Shown: positions 53,192-64,000 of the stretch, piece by piece
Position numbering within the stretch: the stretch's first letter is position 1
Layout: the number at the start of each line of letters is the position of its first letter
Assembly: GCA_907165135.1 (NCBI GenBank)
Contig: OU015567.1
Location: 7,068,001 to 7,132,000, forward strand
DNA from: Oikopleura dioica
Lineage: Eukaryota > Animalia > Chordata
DNA: 64,000 bases
Direction: 5' to 3'
Position numbers and translations under genes: made by a program
The notes under the pieces: model-generated
Seen by the model: the letters and a program-made list of their open reading frames with translations, nothing else
Told to the model about the DNA's origin: nothing
Databases searched by the model: none

Positions 53192-53737
53192 ATGGACAAC
53201 GAAAACTGCCAAATGTGCAAAGAAAATCTAATCTTGCCCCTTCAGCTTCCCTGCAAGCATATGTTCTGTTTTCTATGCGCCAAGGGGCAGGGATCGAGCT
53301 GCTTCATTTGCAAAATGTCCTTTGACAAAAATCTTATCGAAAAGCCACCGTCGATGGATGCTGTTAGAGAAGGAAACAAGGATAAAATTCGATGGTACTA
53401 TGAATCGAATAATAATGGATGGTGGGAGTTTGATCCTAGAACTTCTGATGTAATTCAAAGTTTATATCAACCCGATCATTTAAATATCAGAATTCGTTAG
53501 CTAATACGAATTCCCTAGAAAATCGAAGATGCATTTCGTCAGTCACAAGCTACAGTCGATTTTCCGATCGGTCAAAGAACGTACGAGATCAATTTCGAAG
53601 CCAAACGACAGTATCAGCAAAACGATACTGGCAAGAAACGAAAAGTTACAAGAAGTTCTAGGCGAGATATCCAGAATCTAAGAGGCGTAGCAGGAGTACC
53701 CTTGCAAGATTATCGAAGAAACAATGATGACGAGTAA
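53192..53737 (+). CDS. RNF146: RNF146-like RING+WWE E3 ligase, copy b (2 exons)
   Basis: RING, WYYESNNNGWWEFDPRT, YEINFEAKRQY...KKRKV...GVAG; same intron position as copy a. Confidence 0.85.
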
Positions 53738-54261
53738 GAATTTTTAGATCAAGAACAATTCCATAACTTATTTTTAGCATTGAAGGTCTAAGTGACTCTG
53801 ACGAGGATTAACTCTGATTGATTCTGCTGTAGAATTTTATATATAATCTCACTGCCGTGATTGGCTTTACTCCTGATTGAAACGAAAAAATACTCGCTCC
53901 TGTAAACAAAGTTCCATTGAAAAATTGCCTTCGACTTCAAAATTTCAAATTAATAAAAATGGATAAACACTCCTTGATGATCTAATCGTATTTTTGATAA
54001 AAATCTAAACCGGGCGCGGCGCTAAGTTGCAAGATAGAAAAGAATCCAGCGTTTATTGCTCTCTTTATTGCCCATTGCTGTATCGGAAGTGATCTTCCCA
54101 GGCATGATAGGAGTTTATTGCCCAAAATGCACAGCGATATTGGAGCCTTGAGGTACGAGGTCACCGTCAAGCTCCACCGACTAGTCCTGTTTTTTCGCCA
54201 TTATGTAATTTGAATGTCAATTTTCTCTTCCGGATTTTGATGAAAGCTATTTGAATTCAGA

Positions 54262-55411
54262 ATGAAATCTCTGGAAGTCGACAAGCACGTCAACTTCTTG
54301 GTCAAAGCAGCGACTACGAGAGGCTTCGAATGGGAGATGACAGAGTATCTTAGAATGTCTGGGAGAGGCTCATAAATGTAGCACTTATTTGAAGCTTTTG
54401 ATATCATAGAAGAGTACCCAAATAGCCATGAAAAGCATCTATTGGTCCCTAACTGCTCTTGATCTTCTCGGACAACTAGATAAACTTCCTCGGGAAGAAA
54501 TGATCGCATATGTCTTCTCCTGTCTCCACGAGAACGGTGGATTCTCTCCCGCTCCAAATCACTATCCAACTATTATCTACACATTATCCGCTATCCAAGT
54601 CCTGGTGATTCTCAAAGCGCTAGATCAGCTCGGAGAAAAGAAAGAAAAAGTTATCGAGTTCGTCAAATCTCTTCAAAATACGGACGGCTCATTTATCGGC
54701 AGCCCAGATGACGACGAAGAAGAAACAGACACGCGATTCTCTTTCTGTGCTGTTGCGACATTGAAACTGCTCAATTCATTGAATGCAATTGATCTCGACA
54801 AAACAGTACAGCACATAAAGGCCTGTCAAAACTTTGACGGCGCTTTTGGAGTCCGGGTGGGGAGTGAAAGCCACGCAGGGCAAGTTTTTTGCTGTGTTGG
54901 AACACTCGCGCTCTTGGAAAAACTGGACATCGTTGATCAGGAATTGCTTGGTTGGTGGCTTGCTGATCGTCAGGTAGAGAATAAGAAATGAATGGCAACT
55001 TGGACTTATACGATTCTAGCTACCGTGTGGAGGGCTGAATGGAAGACCGATGAAAAAGGAAGATGTCTGCTACTCTTGGTGGGCACTTTCCAGTCTTGTC
55101 ATGATCAAGAAATCTGCTTGGATTGATCATAAAAAACTCGCTGAATTCATCCTCTCCGCTGCAGTAGCCCGTCCTAAAGCTGCCTCCTTTCATAACGTTT
55201 TTTTATTCAGGACGAGGAAATGGGAGGAATAGCAGACCGACCGGGAGACATTCCAGATCCATTCCACACACTCTTTGGCATCGCTGGATTGTCTTTACTG
55301 CAGTACAATAACAACTTAGAGCTTGATATTTCAAGCTCAAAGGAGAATGTAAAACTGAAACCAATTGACCCAGTACTTTGCCTGCCATCATACCTTCTTC
55401 ATGAAAAATAG
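54262..55411 (+). CDS. RABGGTB: Rab geranylgeranyltransferase beta subunit (4 exons)
   Basis: EYLRMSG|[29 protein letters not shown]...[17 protein letters not shown]...[33 protein letters not shown]. Confidence 0.95.
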
Positions 55412-55588
55412 ATTATGCAATAAAATTGTTCATTGAATGAAAAACTTGTTATTTCAAAGCTCCAAGTCAATGGCAGAAATATAAGTACTGTTAATTCTCG
55501 GAAATGAGCAGGTGTGCAGACTTGTATGAGCCTAAAGTACGCTTATTATGCGCCTTACCATGAAATTGTCGCTTGTAAGCCGCAGCAG

Positions 55589-55895
55589 CTGCAGCGGGGT
55601 GTAGGGCGGCCACGGTACAAATTTGTACCGCCGTTACAAATTTGTACCGCCGGTACAAAAAATTTTGTACCGCCGGTACAAGCCAAAAATAAAATCCGAG
55701 AAAAACTGTGCGCTTCGCGCTAGAATTGAAGGAAACTCCGTACTGGTATAGTAAAGGTGGAATTCTGTCCAAAAATGAGCATTATTTTGGGTAAAAATCG
55801 GTTTTTATTGGCAAAAAAATTATCATTTTTTGTACCGGCGGTACAAAATTTGTACCCGCGGTACAAATTTCACTTTTGTACCGTCCCCCCTGCAG
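55589..55895. mobile_element. MITE-like element with TTTGTACCGCCGGTACAAA subterminal repeats
   Basis: CTGCAG.GGGG termini inverted; clusters of palindromic GTACC/GGTAC repeats at both ends. Confidence 0.7.
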
Positions 55896-56706
55896 CGTTA
55901 GGTGCTTCAAGCGTCGGCATGATAAGATCTCCTAATAGGAATATACATCGAACATCTCCAATCCTCTAAGAGATTTGGCCTCATTTAGCATCAGATAATT
56001 CCTTCCGCATTATAGCTCAAAATTTTCGTAACCTGAAAATTTTTACAAAACAGTGATGCCGCGCATTGATCCGCTCAGTTGAAAATGAGCGACCTACATC
56101 AGGCGGCATCGAGCTCAATTAGCGTGAGGTGGTAAATTCTAGTTGCAATTTAGTTCGTCATCAATTTTTCAATTCAAGCCTAAGAATGACTATAAGCAAT
56201 TCGGTATCTTATCAATTCTTCCCCAAAAACGACACCACCGAATTTGTGGCAGCAATCATTCGCATCGAATGTCTTTCTGCTACTCGATTCTGATGCATTT
56301 AGAAGATTGAGCTTTTTCAGCCTTCATCTTCATCGATGATTTCCACGAGCGAAGCAATCCTAGCTTCTTATAAGTGAGATTGAGTCGATCTTTTTGAATG
56401 TCAAAGCCCCGAGTTTTCCGACAAAATTTTATAGATGTAATGAGTAAACCCACAAAGCATACTTTCTTTGATACTTCCTGCCGAGTTGCTTCCCCTGGCT
56501 TTCCCTACTTTCGCCTATCCCTCCCCCGCTGAGCCCTTCTTCTCGCTATATTTGTTGACCTCGATGATCCCGTGGACAGAGTCTAATCAGCCGCCAGAAT
56601 CGGAATCGTAAATTCCGCCGCTATCATTTTACCCGATCTCCCCATGTCGCATGAAGCGCGCCCCATGGTGCTCCTTACGAACGATGCGCCACCTATCAGC
56701 CTTACA

Positions 56707-56724
56707 GTCGTAAACCCATATAAA
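56707..56724 (+). promoter_or_regulatory. Putative Cdx core promoter: GTCGTAAA site and TATAAA box
   Basis: TATAAA at 56719-56724, ~120 bp upstream of the ATG. GTCGTAAA resembles posterior-Hox/Cdx sites; another TCGTAAA lies near 56605. Confidence 0.4.
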
Positions 56725-56839
56725 CTGTATCCGACTGCAGTTCGACATCACCTCATTCTCAATTCCAAATCAAATCACAACAACCAAACAATCTTTTCAA
56801 CTCCAAAAGATTCAAAAAGAGAACAAAACTCGCTGAAAA

Positions 56840-57786
56840 ATGAACGCTTTCTACCCTTACAGCTACTACCAAGCCTCTTCCCTTCCAGTCGCTTGGGGAA
56901 CCAGCGAAGCTACAGCGACTGGCAATACCCTTCCTTGGGAAACATCCGCTGTCCTAGCTTCTGCTAGCCAGGCTCCTGACCAAGTTCTCAACTCCTCCGT
57001 TGGATCTGGCTCCCCAACTGGTTCTCCACCACCACCAGAGACAAACTCAACCGAAAACAATGGCATCAACCATGCTCAATTTGCTCAGGCTCAGCTTTAC
57101 CAACAAGCCTATCAAAACTGGAACTACGCTGCTCAGGGATATCAACAAGCTGCTGCTACTGGAGCTACTGCCTGGCAACAAAATCCATCTGGTAAGAATT
57201 TGACAATCATCAACCTTCAGATCGAATTCATAATCTTTCTCATTTTCTAAAATATCAATTCAGCCCCAGCTCCAAACCGAACCCGAACTCGAGACAAATA
57301 CCGAGTCGTCTACTCTAACTACCAACGAGTTGAGCTCGAGAAAGAATACAACTTCAACAAGTACATCACGATCCGTCGAAAAGTCGAACTGTCCAAAATG
57401 CTCGATCTCTCTGAACGACAAGTCAAAATCTGGTTCCAAAACAGGTAAATATCTTGAACTTATAGATCTTTCTGAAATTGTATTCCCAAAGAATTTCTCC
57501 TTATAACAAAAATTTTAGACGAGCCAAAGAACGAAAAATGGTCAACAAATCTGGCAACACTTCCACTGACTCTCAGGATCTCTCCGAAGAAGAAAAGTCC
57601 GCCCCTGAAACTCACTCTGGCGTTGAGTTCTCTGACGATCCCTCTCCCCAGCAACCAGAAGATCACATCGACCACATGATCAACATCATCGACGTCAAAG
57701 CTGAGCCACAGACTCAAGCCCCAAAGCCCGAGATCGAGACCATCATGCAATCCCTCGTCGGCTGCACTCAAAAATACCTCATGTAA
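56840..57786 (+). CDS. Cdx: Caudal-type (Cdx) homeobox protein, 3 exons
   Basis: [56 protein letters not shown]|RAKERK; the DKYRVVY and YITIRRK motifs are diagnostic of Cdx. Confidence 0.93.
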
Positions 57787-58069
57787 ATTCATTCTTCCTG
57801 CCATAAGTCGTCTATGATTCCTTTGTATTTATGCTCATTTAACTATTACCGTTATTGCTTCTTTACTGCCAATATGAAAAATAAAATATCATGCCAAACT
57901 CGAATCTCGTTGATTTTCAAATAATTTCAAATCAATATTTCATTTTTGTGTAGTTGCAACTTTATTAAATAAATGGCAGCTAGTTTGATAAATGAAATGT
58001 TTTCGATAAATGGAGGTAAATGAACTGTTGAACTTTAAAAAACGGAGGCTAGTTGTCAGCTTAGAATGT

Positions 58070-61000
58070 TCATAAGTAGTTTCCGCCGGTGAATGGTTGA
58101 ATCACATTGTTTGCCATTGGAGTCCAAGACTTGCCACCACCTCGACTTCTCTGACCGTATGACTGCTCATTCGAGTATCCTTCGTTGTTGTTATACTCAT
58201 TCTGCTGATTTGAGTATCCATCGTTGTTGTCATACCCATTTTGCTGGTCAGAATAACCAGAGTACTTTCCAGTGCCCCCGCCATATGTGACGGTCGACTG
58301 TCCTGCATAGCCAGCATCGTTGTTGTTTGACTGATATCCAGCATGGCTATTGTAGCCCCCATCATTATCATTGCTGTGGGATTGGTAGCCGCCGTGACTA
58401 TTGTAACCGCCCTTGTTGCTATTGACTGGAGCGTGGTTGTTGGACTGATAACCGGAATGGTTGTTGTAGCCACCTCTATTTGACGATCCTCCACGTCCTC
58501 CGCGGTCAGAGTACCCCCCTCGTCCACCACGATCAGAGTAGCCACCTCTTCCGCCACGGTTGCCACCGCGATTGCCACCACGATTGCCACCACGGCCTCC
58601 GCCTCGTCCACCGCGGTCAGAATAACCACCTCGTCCGCGATTTCCACCACCTCGATTGTTGAACCCTCCTCGGCCACCACGACCGCCTCTGTTGTTGAAA
58701 CCGCCGCGGTTGTTGTATCCGCCTCTGTTATTGCCTCCATACCCACGATCATATGTAATCATCTCTTCATCCTCTTCGTCTGGATTGTTGAAAGCCTTAG
58801 AAGTGCTTCCAAAGCTCATAGGAAGATCGAAACCCGCCATTTCATTTTCTTCTTCAGCGGCTTCTTCCTGTCCAGCTTGAGCACCTCCAAAACTTGTTGG
58901 AAGATCGTAGTTCATTATGTCGTCTTGTGTGAACGGATCAGCCGTGTTTTCCGATACAGCGCCGCTATTCCCGCCAACAAGGTGCTCTTGAGAATGTTGA
59001 GCCGAGTTTCGGGCCTGAGGAGCAGCATTGTCCCAACCTGGCGCAGGTGGAGCAGCCCATAAAGCCTTAGGTTTAGGAGCAGACGCATTTTGACGTGAGT
59101 TTGTGAGTTTCGGAGCAGAATGGTATACGATAGGAGAGGTTTCCTCAATATCAGGCCCAGTCAAATCGATTTCTATGCTTGTAAAGCTATCAGCAGGGCC
59201 ATTATTGAACGGATTATACGGACTATTTTGGTTTGGCGTTGCTAGTTGCGGCTTCGAAGGTACAGGCGCTTTCGGTCCGAGCTTTTGAACTGGTTTTGGC
59301 GTGTATGGTTTGTAAGAAGGATGGGGACCAGTGGCAGAAGTAACGCTTTGTACTCTTGGTGCTTTCGCGGGTGGAGGGCCTTGTGTAGGTGTAGTTTGAG
59401 CGGGCTGGAAGTCTTGGTCGTTTGGATCATTCGGTTGTCGTTGCATTTGAACGGGTTTTTGCAGTTGCGGTTGAGATGCTTGACTTGGTTTTGAAGTCCT
59501 AAGTAAAATAAAATGTGGGAACTGGGCATTGGACTTACGGTTGCGAAGTAGGCTGCGCACTTTTCTGATTCTGCAACATCATGCATGTCGCCATGTTCGA
59601 CATAAGCATCATATTCATCGTGTTTTTGGCAGTTTTGACCTCTTCATTTTTCTTTTCCAGCTCTTCCTGCAGCGCCATTTTTTCTTTTTGAGTCTTTTCT
59701 CGTTGGAGTCGTTGTAAAACAGACTAAACGGGAGAATAAGATATTGAGTTGAAAACATCAGGCTTTACCTCTTGTTCAGGCTCTTGCGCCAAATTAAGAT
59801 TGATCTTCGTGCCCTGCTTGAACCCTTCTTGAGGAGGTGGTAGGTTCTCTTCATTTTCCAGCTGAAAAAATGAGATGAAAGGGGACTTTGAAGGGATGAG
59901 TTCACCTCTGGAGCCTCGCGGAGCCTATCCAACGAAGCTTTAATCATACTTCTTCTTTTCGGATCTTTTGTCAGTTGCATTTCCTTGATCAACGCTTGTC
60001 GTACTCGTTTGCACTCTTCTTCCTGTTCTTTTAGCCTTTCCTCACGCTTCGCCAATTCTATGTCTTCTTTCTTTCGTCTTTCTTTAATCGCTTTTCGTCG
60101 ATTGTACTCGTTAGTTTTCAGTTGTTTTCGATGATTCTGGACTTGTTTTTTCATATCTTCGGCTGTAATTGCTTCGGAGGAGATTATAGAGCCGTTCAGT
60201 TGGGCATTCTGAGTGTGGAGGATCGCCCGGTCACGCGTTTGCTAAAAATGGTTGGATCTCTCTAGCTGGAATTGCATGAAAAACCTGATCAACAAACTCA
60301 ATGTAGCAGTCACCCGAGCATAGCCTCTTGCCGTGGGTTTCGATATACAAGCCGTATTTTGCTATCAAACAGTTTTTCAAAGGTCCAGAGACCAGATCAT
60401 CTCTTGTGACGTCTGGTGCGAGACCGGAAATCTTCACGCAGCTCGATTCAATATCAGAAACGCATGCGACCTTGCCAATTTCTTGCGTCTCTTCGTCTGA
60501 GCTCTTGTTGTTTTCGGATTGGTAAATAGGCTTTATAACGTCTCCATCGAGCTTCTCCCAGATTTCACAGTCCAAATGGTTCACTATGGAATGAGTTATG
60601 AATTGGATTTGAATAGTCAGCTTGCCTTTGACAAATTTGGTTCCAAAAAGCTTCTGATCAAAAGACAAAGCGCGATCCTTGTCACCAGGGGAGTTAAACT
60701 TGACCAGAAAGCTTCCACATTCTGTTCTCTTGAACTGAGCAATCTTTATTCCCTTGAAAAATGGAACAATCTCATCGGCCGTAGCACCGTCTGGCAAGTC
60801 GAATAAACGAACGAAAAGATCATTTTCTGGCGGTGGTGTGATTTCGCGTGGCGCTTTTTCGGGATCCAGCCCGGCCGTGATTTCAGCGATGACTTTTTTC
60901 ATCTCCTCTTCGCTGCTCTCTGTAACTTTCACCTTGTACATATGCTCGCCTTCTTCAGGGGAGAGCTTTTTTCCGTCTTTTTCCAAGGCGAGCTGCATAT

Positions 61001-61195
61001 CTAATTAATTCGTAAGAAACATGTTCCTTTCAGTAATTTTCTACCTTCATCATTGTGGAGATTTACATAGACAAGTCCTTTCGGACCGCCTATGATGTGG
61101 ACTCCTCCATCAGGAATTTCGATCTTCTTGAAGAACCGGCGAACATCAACGGATGTAGCTTCCTCTGGGAAGTATTTAATGCGAACGATAGGCAT
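58070..61195 (-). CDS. RBM12: RBM12/RBM12B-like multi-RRM protein with coiled coil and RGG/GY low-complexity tail
   Basis: N-terminus MPIVRIKYFPEEATSVDVRRFFKKIEIPDGGVHIIGG resembles the RBM12 start (IRHFFSGLTIPDGGVHIVGG); two further RRM-like segments; exons joined in frame by canonical introns. Confidence 0.75.
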
Positions 61196-61340
61196 TAAAT
61201 GTCGACTTTCGATTTCTGAACGGCGCAAAAACTAGTTCCTTGTTGAATTTTCGGCAAGTTTAAATAGTAAATGATAATAAATGTACAGAATGAAATAGAT
61301 AAAAGAGCGTCAAAAAATTAAGCACGAGTACAGGCTTCTT

Positions 61341-62955
61341 TTAAGAAAGATGATCTTCGTTTGAAATTGGTTTTTTAGACTTTTCTTTCTTCACTTCTTG
61401 AAGTCTGAAGGCTTTGAAAACCGCCATGGAAGTCACCCTAGCACCCGGCTTGCTCAGTTTTTTGGCGATTTTAATCCAGGACAACTCTTCTTCGCGCATT
61501 TCTTTGATGAGTTTGATCTCTTTGGCAGTGAGTTTCTTTTTGCGAAGATCTGGATGGAGCTTTCTGTCCCATTGAATGTACGCTTGGAAGGGATGGACTC
61601 CGTTGGCGCCGTATTGAAGGCGCTCTCGTGATGTCAAATGCGTGATGCGTTTGCTCGTCATCTTTACGTTGCACTGAAGAGCGAGGGTATTCAATTTACA
61701 GGCGATCAGCATCCAGTCGACTTCCACTTTCTTTCCGACGATATTTTCTCCCTGTTCTTTCATCGTTTCTATTTTCGATTTGAGCTTTTCTTTCGATTGC
61801 TCTCTGATCTTATCCGCTTCAGATTCGACTTCCTCTACTTCTCGATCTTCGCTTTCTTTCTTTTCAAATTTGTTCATAAGCCGTTCCCACCATCGTCTTT
61901 CGTCCGACATAAGAGATTCGTTGATTTCATTTTTCAACTTCGCCTCAACTTCTTGACGGATGAGATTCTTCAACATTTGCTCCTGACGCGGGCTCATTTC
62001 GTAGTCCATTTGGTTCATCACGAAATCCTCGCAGAACTTCATCTTCTCTAAGAACAAGTTGTCACTTGGATTGTCCGGATCATTATAGGGCGAGGCAGTT
62101 TGAATCCTATCGAAGAAATAGGGCTTTTGAAAGGACGAGAGGGTTTCTCCATTTTCTAGGCCTCTCGATCGCCGGTGAAGACGGTCGTGTTTTTCGTCGA
62201 TTTCAGCTCTTATTATCAGTTTTTGCGTTTTCAGATAGGTGATCCGGCGTTTCAAATCATTGACGAATTTCTCTAGAGGTTTTTGTAAAAGCAAATTGTG
62301 CTCCAATAAACTGTCGATTTTCTTTCTGTTGCTTTCTTCGGAGACGGGCGCGAGGTCTAGAGAATTTTTCTCAAGTCGTATTGAGAACTAGAACTTACCG
62401 ATAAGCGTGTTGCTCAGATTATTCTTTGAGGGTCGAATTTTCATTGGAGAAGTGGGAGTGAGTTCTTCATCGTCATCTTCATCTTCCGGAAGTAAAATTT
62501 CGTCCGGATTCGTTGGAAGATCAGGAGGTAGTTCGGGGTAAAAAAATTTGCCTTCTTCATTCGTCGGCATATTCTGGATGAGCTCATCAAGATCTGCCAG
62601 GTCGCCCGCGTTGCTCGTTTGGATGGAGGGCTTCGTTGTCGACTCCATGATCTCAGAGAAGATCGAATCGAAGTCGTTCGTCATTGTGCTTCTTGAATCA
62701 AAGATGGGCGGATTTCGAGGAGGGAGAGGAGCGTTCCAGACTTCAGCTGACCGCGGGTCGAAAAAGTCGAATGGCTCATCACTAGAAAGAAGATGCACTT
62801 TCTGTTTCTTCCAATGTTAACAATCCACACCTGCTCTGGCCAAACTCGACATTGATTTTCGACATTCTAGCATCAGGCCTTCTTCTTTTTGCAGGAGGAT
62901 TAACAAGGGTTTCATGGTCAGAAGCTTTCGAGGTAGAAGGTTTGTCTTTATTCAT
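61341..62955 (-). CDS. SNAPC4: SNAPC4/SNAP190-like protein, C-terminally short (~500 aa, 3 exons)
   Basis: FQKPYFFDRIQTASP matches the SNAPC4 FMKPYFKDKVTGVGPP motif; VDWMLIA...W...HPDL...SWIKIAKKL match the Rh/Ra Myb repeats. Confidence 0.7.
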
Positions 62956-63016
62956 CGATTTCAAGAGTCTAAAAGCAAATAAAGAGTTAGAAGACAAAGA
63001 ACCGATTCCAGGGCAG

Positions 63017-64000
63017 TTAACGGTAACTGGAAGAAACTTGAGGGTCAGCAACTAATAATCAGTTAAATAAGAGGATATTACCAGTCCTCAAGATATTGAG
63101 CGCCTTTTGCCGGTCGCCCTTTTTCAAAAGAATATAAACAGCTAGCAGCACAGTTTTATGTGAAATGAGCTCGGGAGGAACTGCCTCGCGCACTTTAGCC
63201 AACTGGTCGCACGCTCGGTTGTAATCTCCATTTACACAGTAGGCTAAAATACAGTTTCTTTCTTTGACTGAAGACGAGGGAGGTACCTGCTGCAAGATTT
63301 GAACTAGCTAGAACTTTTGCTTGTTGAACTGAGGTTGGGCAAGTCATATTCATTGGATTCTGAGACCAGGAAAGGTCCATATTCATCCATTTCAGAGCGT
63401 CTTGTGCGTGAGAAATTGCTTGTTTGTAAACTTTGCAAGCTTCTGTTATTTCATTTAGTTCCATGAGTGCTTCGCCCTTTAGAAGATATTAAATTTTGAT
63501 TTAGAAGTTCAATTTCACCTTGTACATGTTCGCGAAGTAATTATACCCATGCTCTGGATATTTTTCAAGAGATTTGTTCGTAAAATTGACCGTTTCTGAA
63601 TATTTTCCAAGGCGCAGGCAAACAAAACCGAGTGTTACATAAATCATCGAATTCATTCGTTGCATCGCTTTCACTTCCTCCTGTGACATCCCAGGCGTTT
63701 TCATTGACGGACTGTAACTCAGCGCATTGTGCAAGCATTTGTAAGCGTAACAGTAGGAAAGCCGAGGGTTCGTATCTGGTTGATCGAGCTCGATTGTCTG
63801 TTGTTTGTGGTTTGCAATTGCTAAGCGGGCGCAACCTGAATTTTGAAGTTTTACACTGTAAAATTTACAGGGAAAGTAGAGGATGAACTGTACCTTCACC
63901 AATTTCTGTAATCACTTTTTCCTCTTCTTTAGCACTTTCGTGTTTATAAGCGATACAACATTCTGCCAATCTGTACCAGACTGAGGGTTGATCATACAAT
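63017..64000 (-). CDS. CNOT10: CCR4-NOT subunit 10, 3' part (5' part outside the window)
   Basis: VWYRLAECCIA, YKCLHNAL, EALMEL, CPTSVQQAK, AYCVNGDY, VLLAVYILLKKGDRQKALNILR. Confidence 0.9.

Noticed and set aside
53990-54200. CCGGGCGCGG (7SL-like start), TGATGA (C box) and three GCAATAAA repeats on the minus strand between RNF146b and RABGGTB
   Set aside because: The similarity is only ~10 nt, no SRP or snoRNA structure or D box was found, and there is no convincing ORF.
58102-58752. 216-aa T/V/A-rich ORF and antisense ORFs over HTT, NOL6 and the lectin
   Set aside because: Alternate-frame or antisense shadows of real coding or low-complexity sequence.

Overview
Eukaryotic, very compact chordate DNA. 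It is most likely the larvacean tunicate Oikopleura dioica (inference from ~40-60 bp introns, many GA/GG-AG introns, operon-like spacing and chordate-like proteins). Genes assembled by hand, on +: DIMT1, casein kinase I gamma, an hnRNP M/MYEF2-like gene, AMP deaminase, a 4xCTLD+trefoil transmembrane lectin, small orphan genes, NOL6-SRR-RNF146a-RNF146b-RABGGTB (operon-like) and a Cdx gene. On -: a strongly shortened huntingtin and CNOT10-SNAPC4-like-RBM12-like (operon-like). The window also holds many non-autonomous DNA transposons (MITEs and foldbacks). Main points: (1) a 3,015-bp hAT-type element with a perfect 8-bp TSD sits inside a coding exon of NOL6, and its terminal repeat offers an in-frame GT donor, which looks like intron gain in progress; four further elements are nested in it. 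(2) A 1.2-kb array of a fixed-spacing bipartite motif lies between the divergent HTT and NOL6 starts. (3) The huntingtin is ~2,100 aa, has no polyQ and lacks the central protease-sensitive loop. (4) The SNAPC4-like gene ends after the first Myb repeats. (5) About 13 introns need non-GT donors. Gene models come from manual translation and remembered homologue sequences; no database searches were run.
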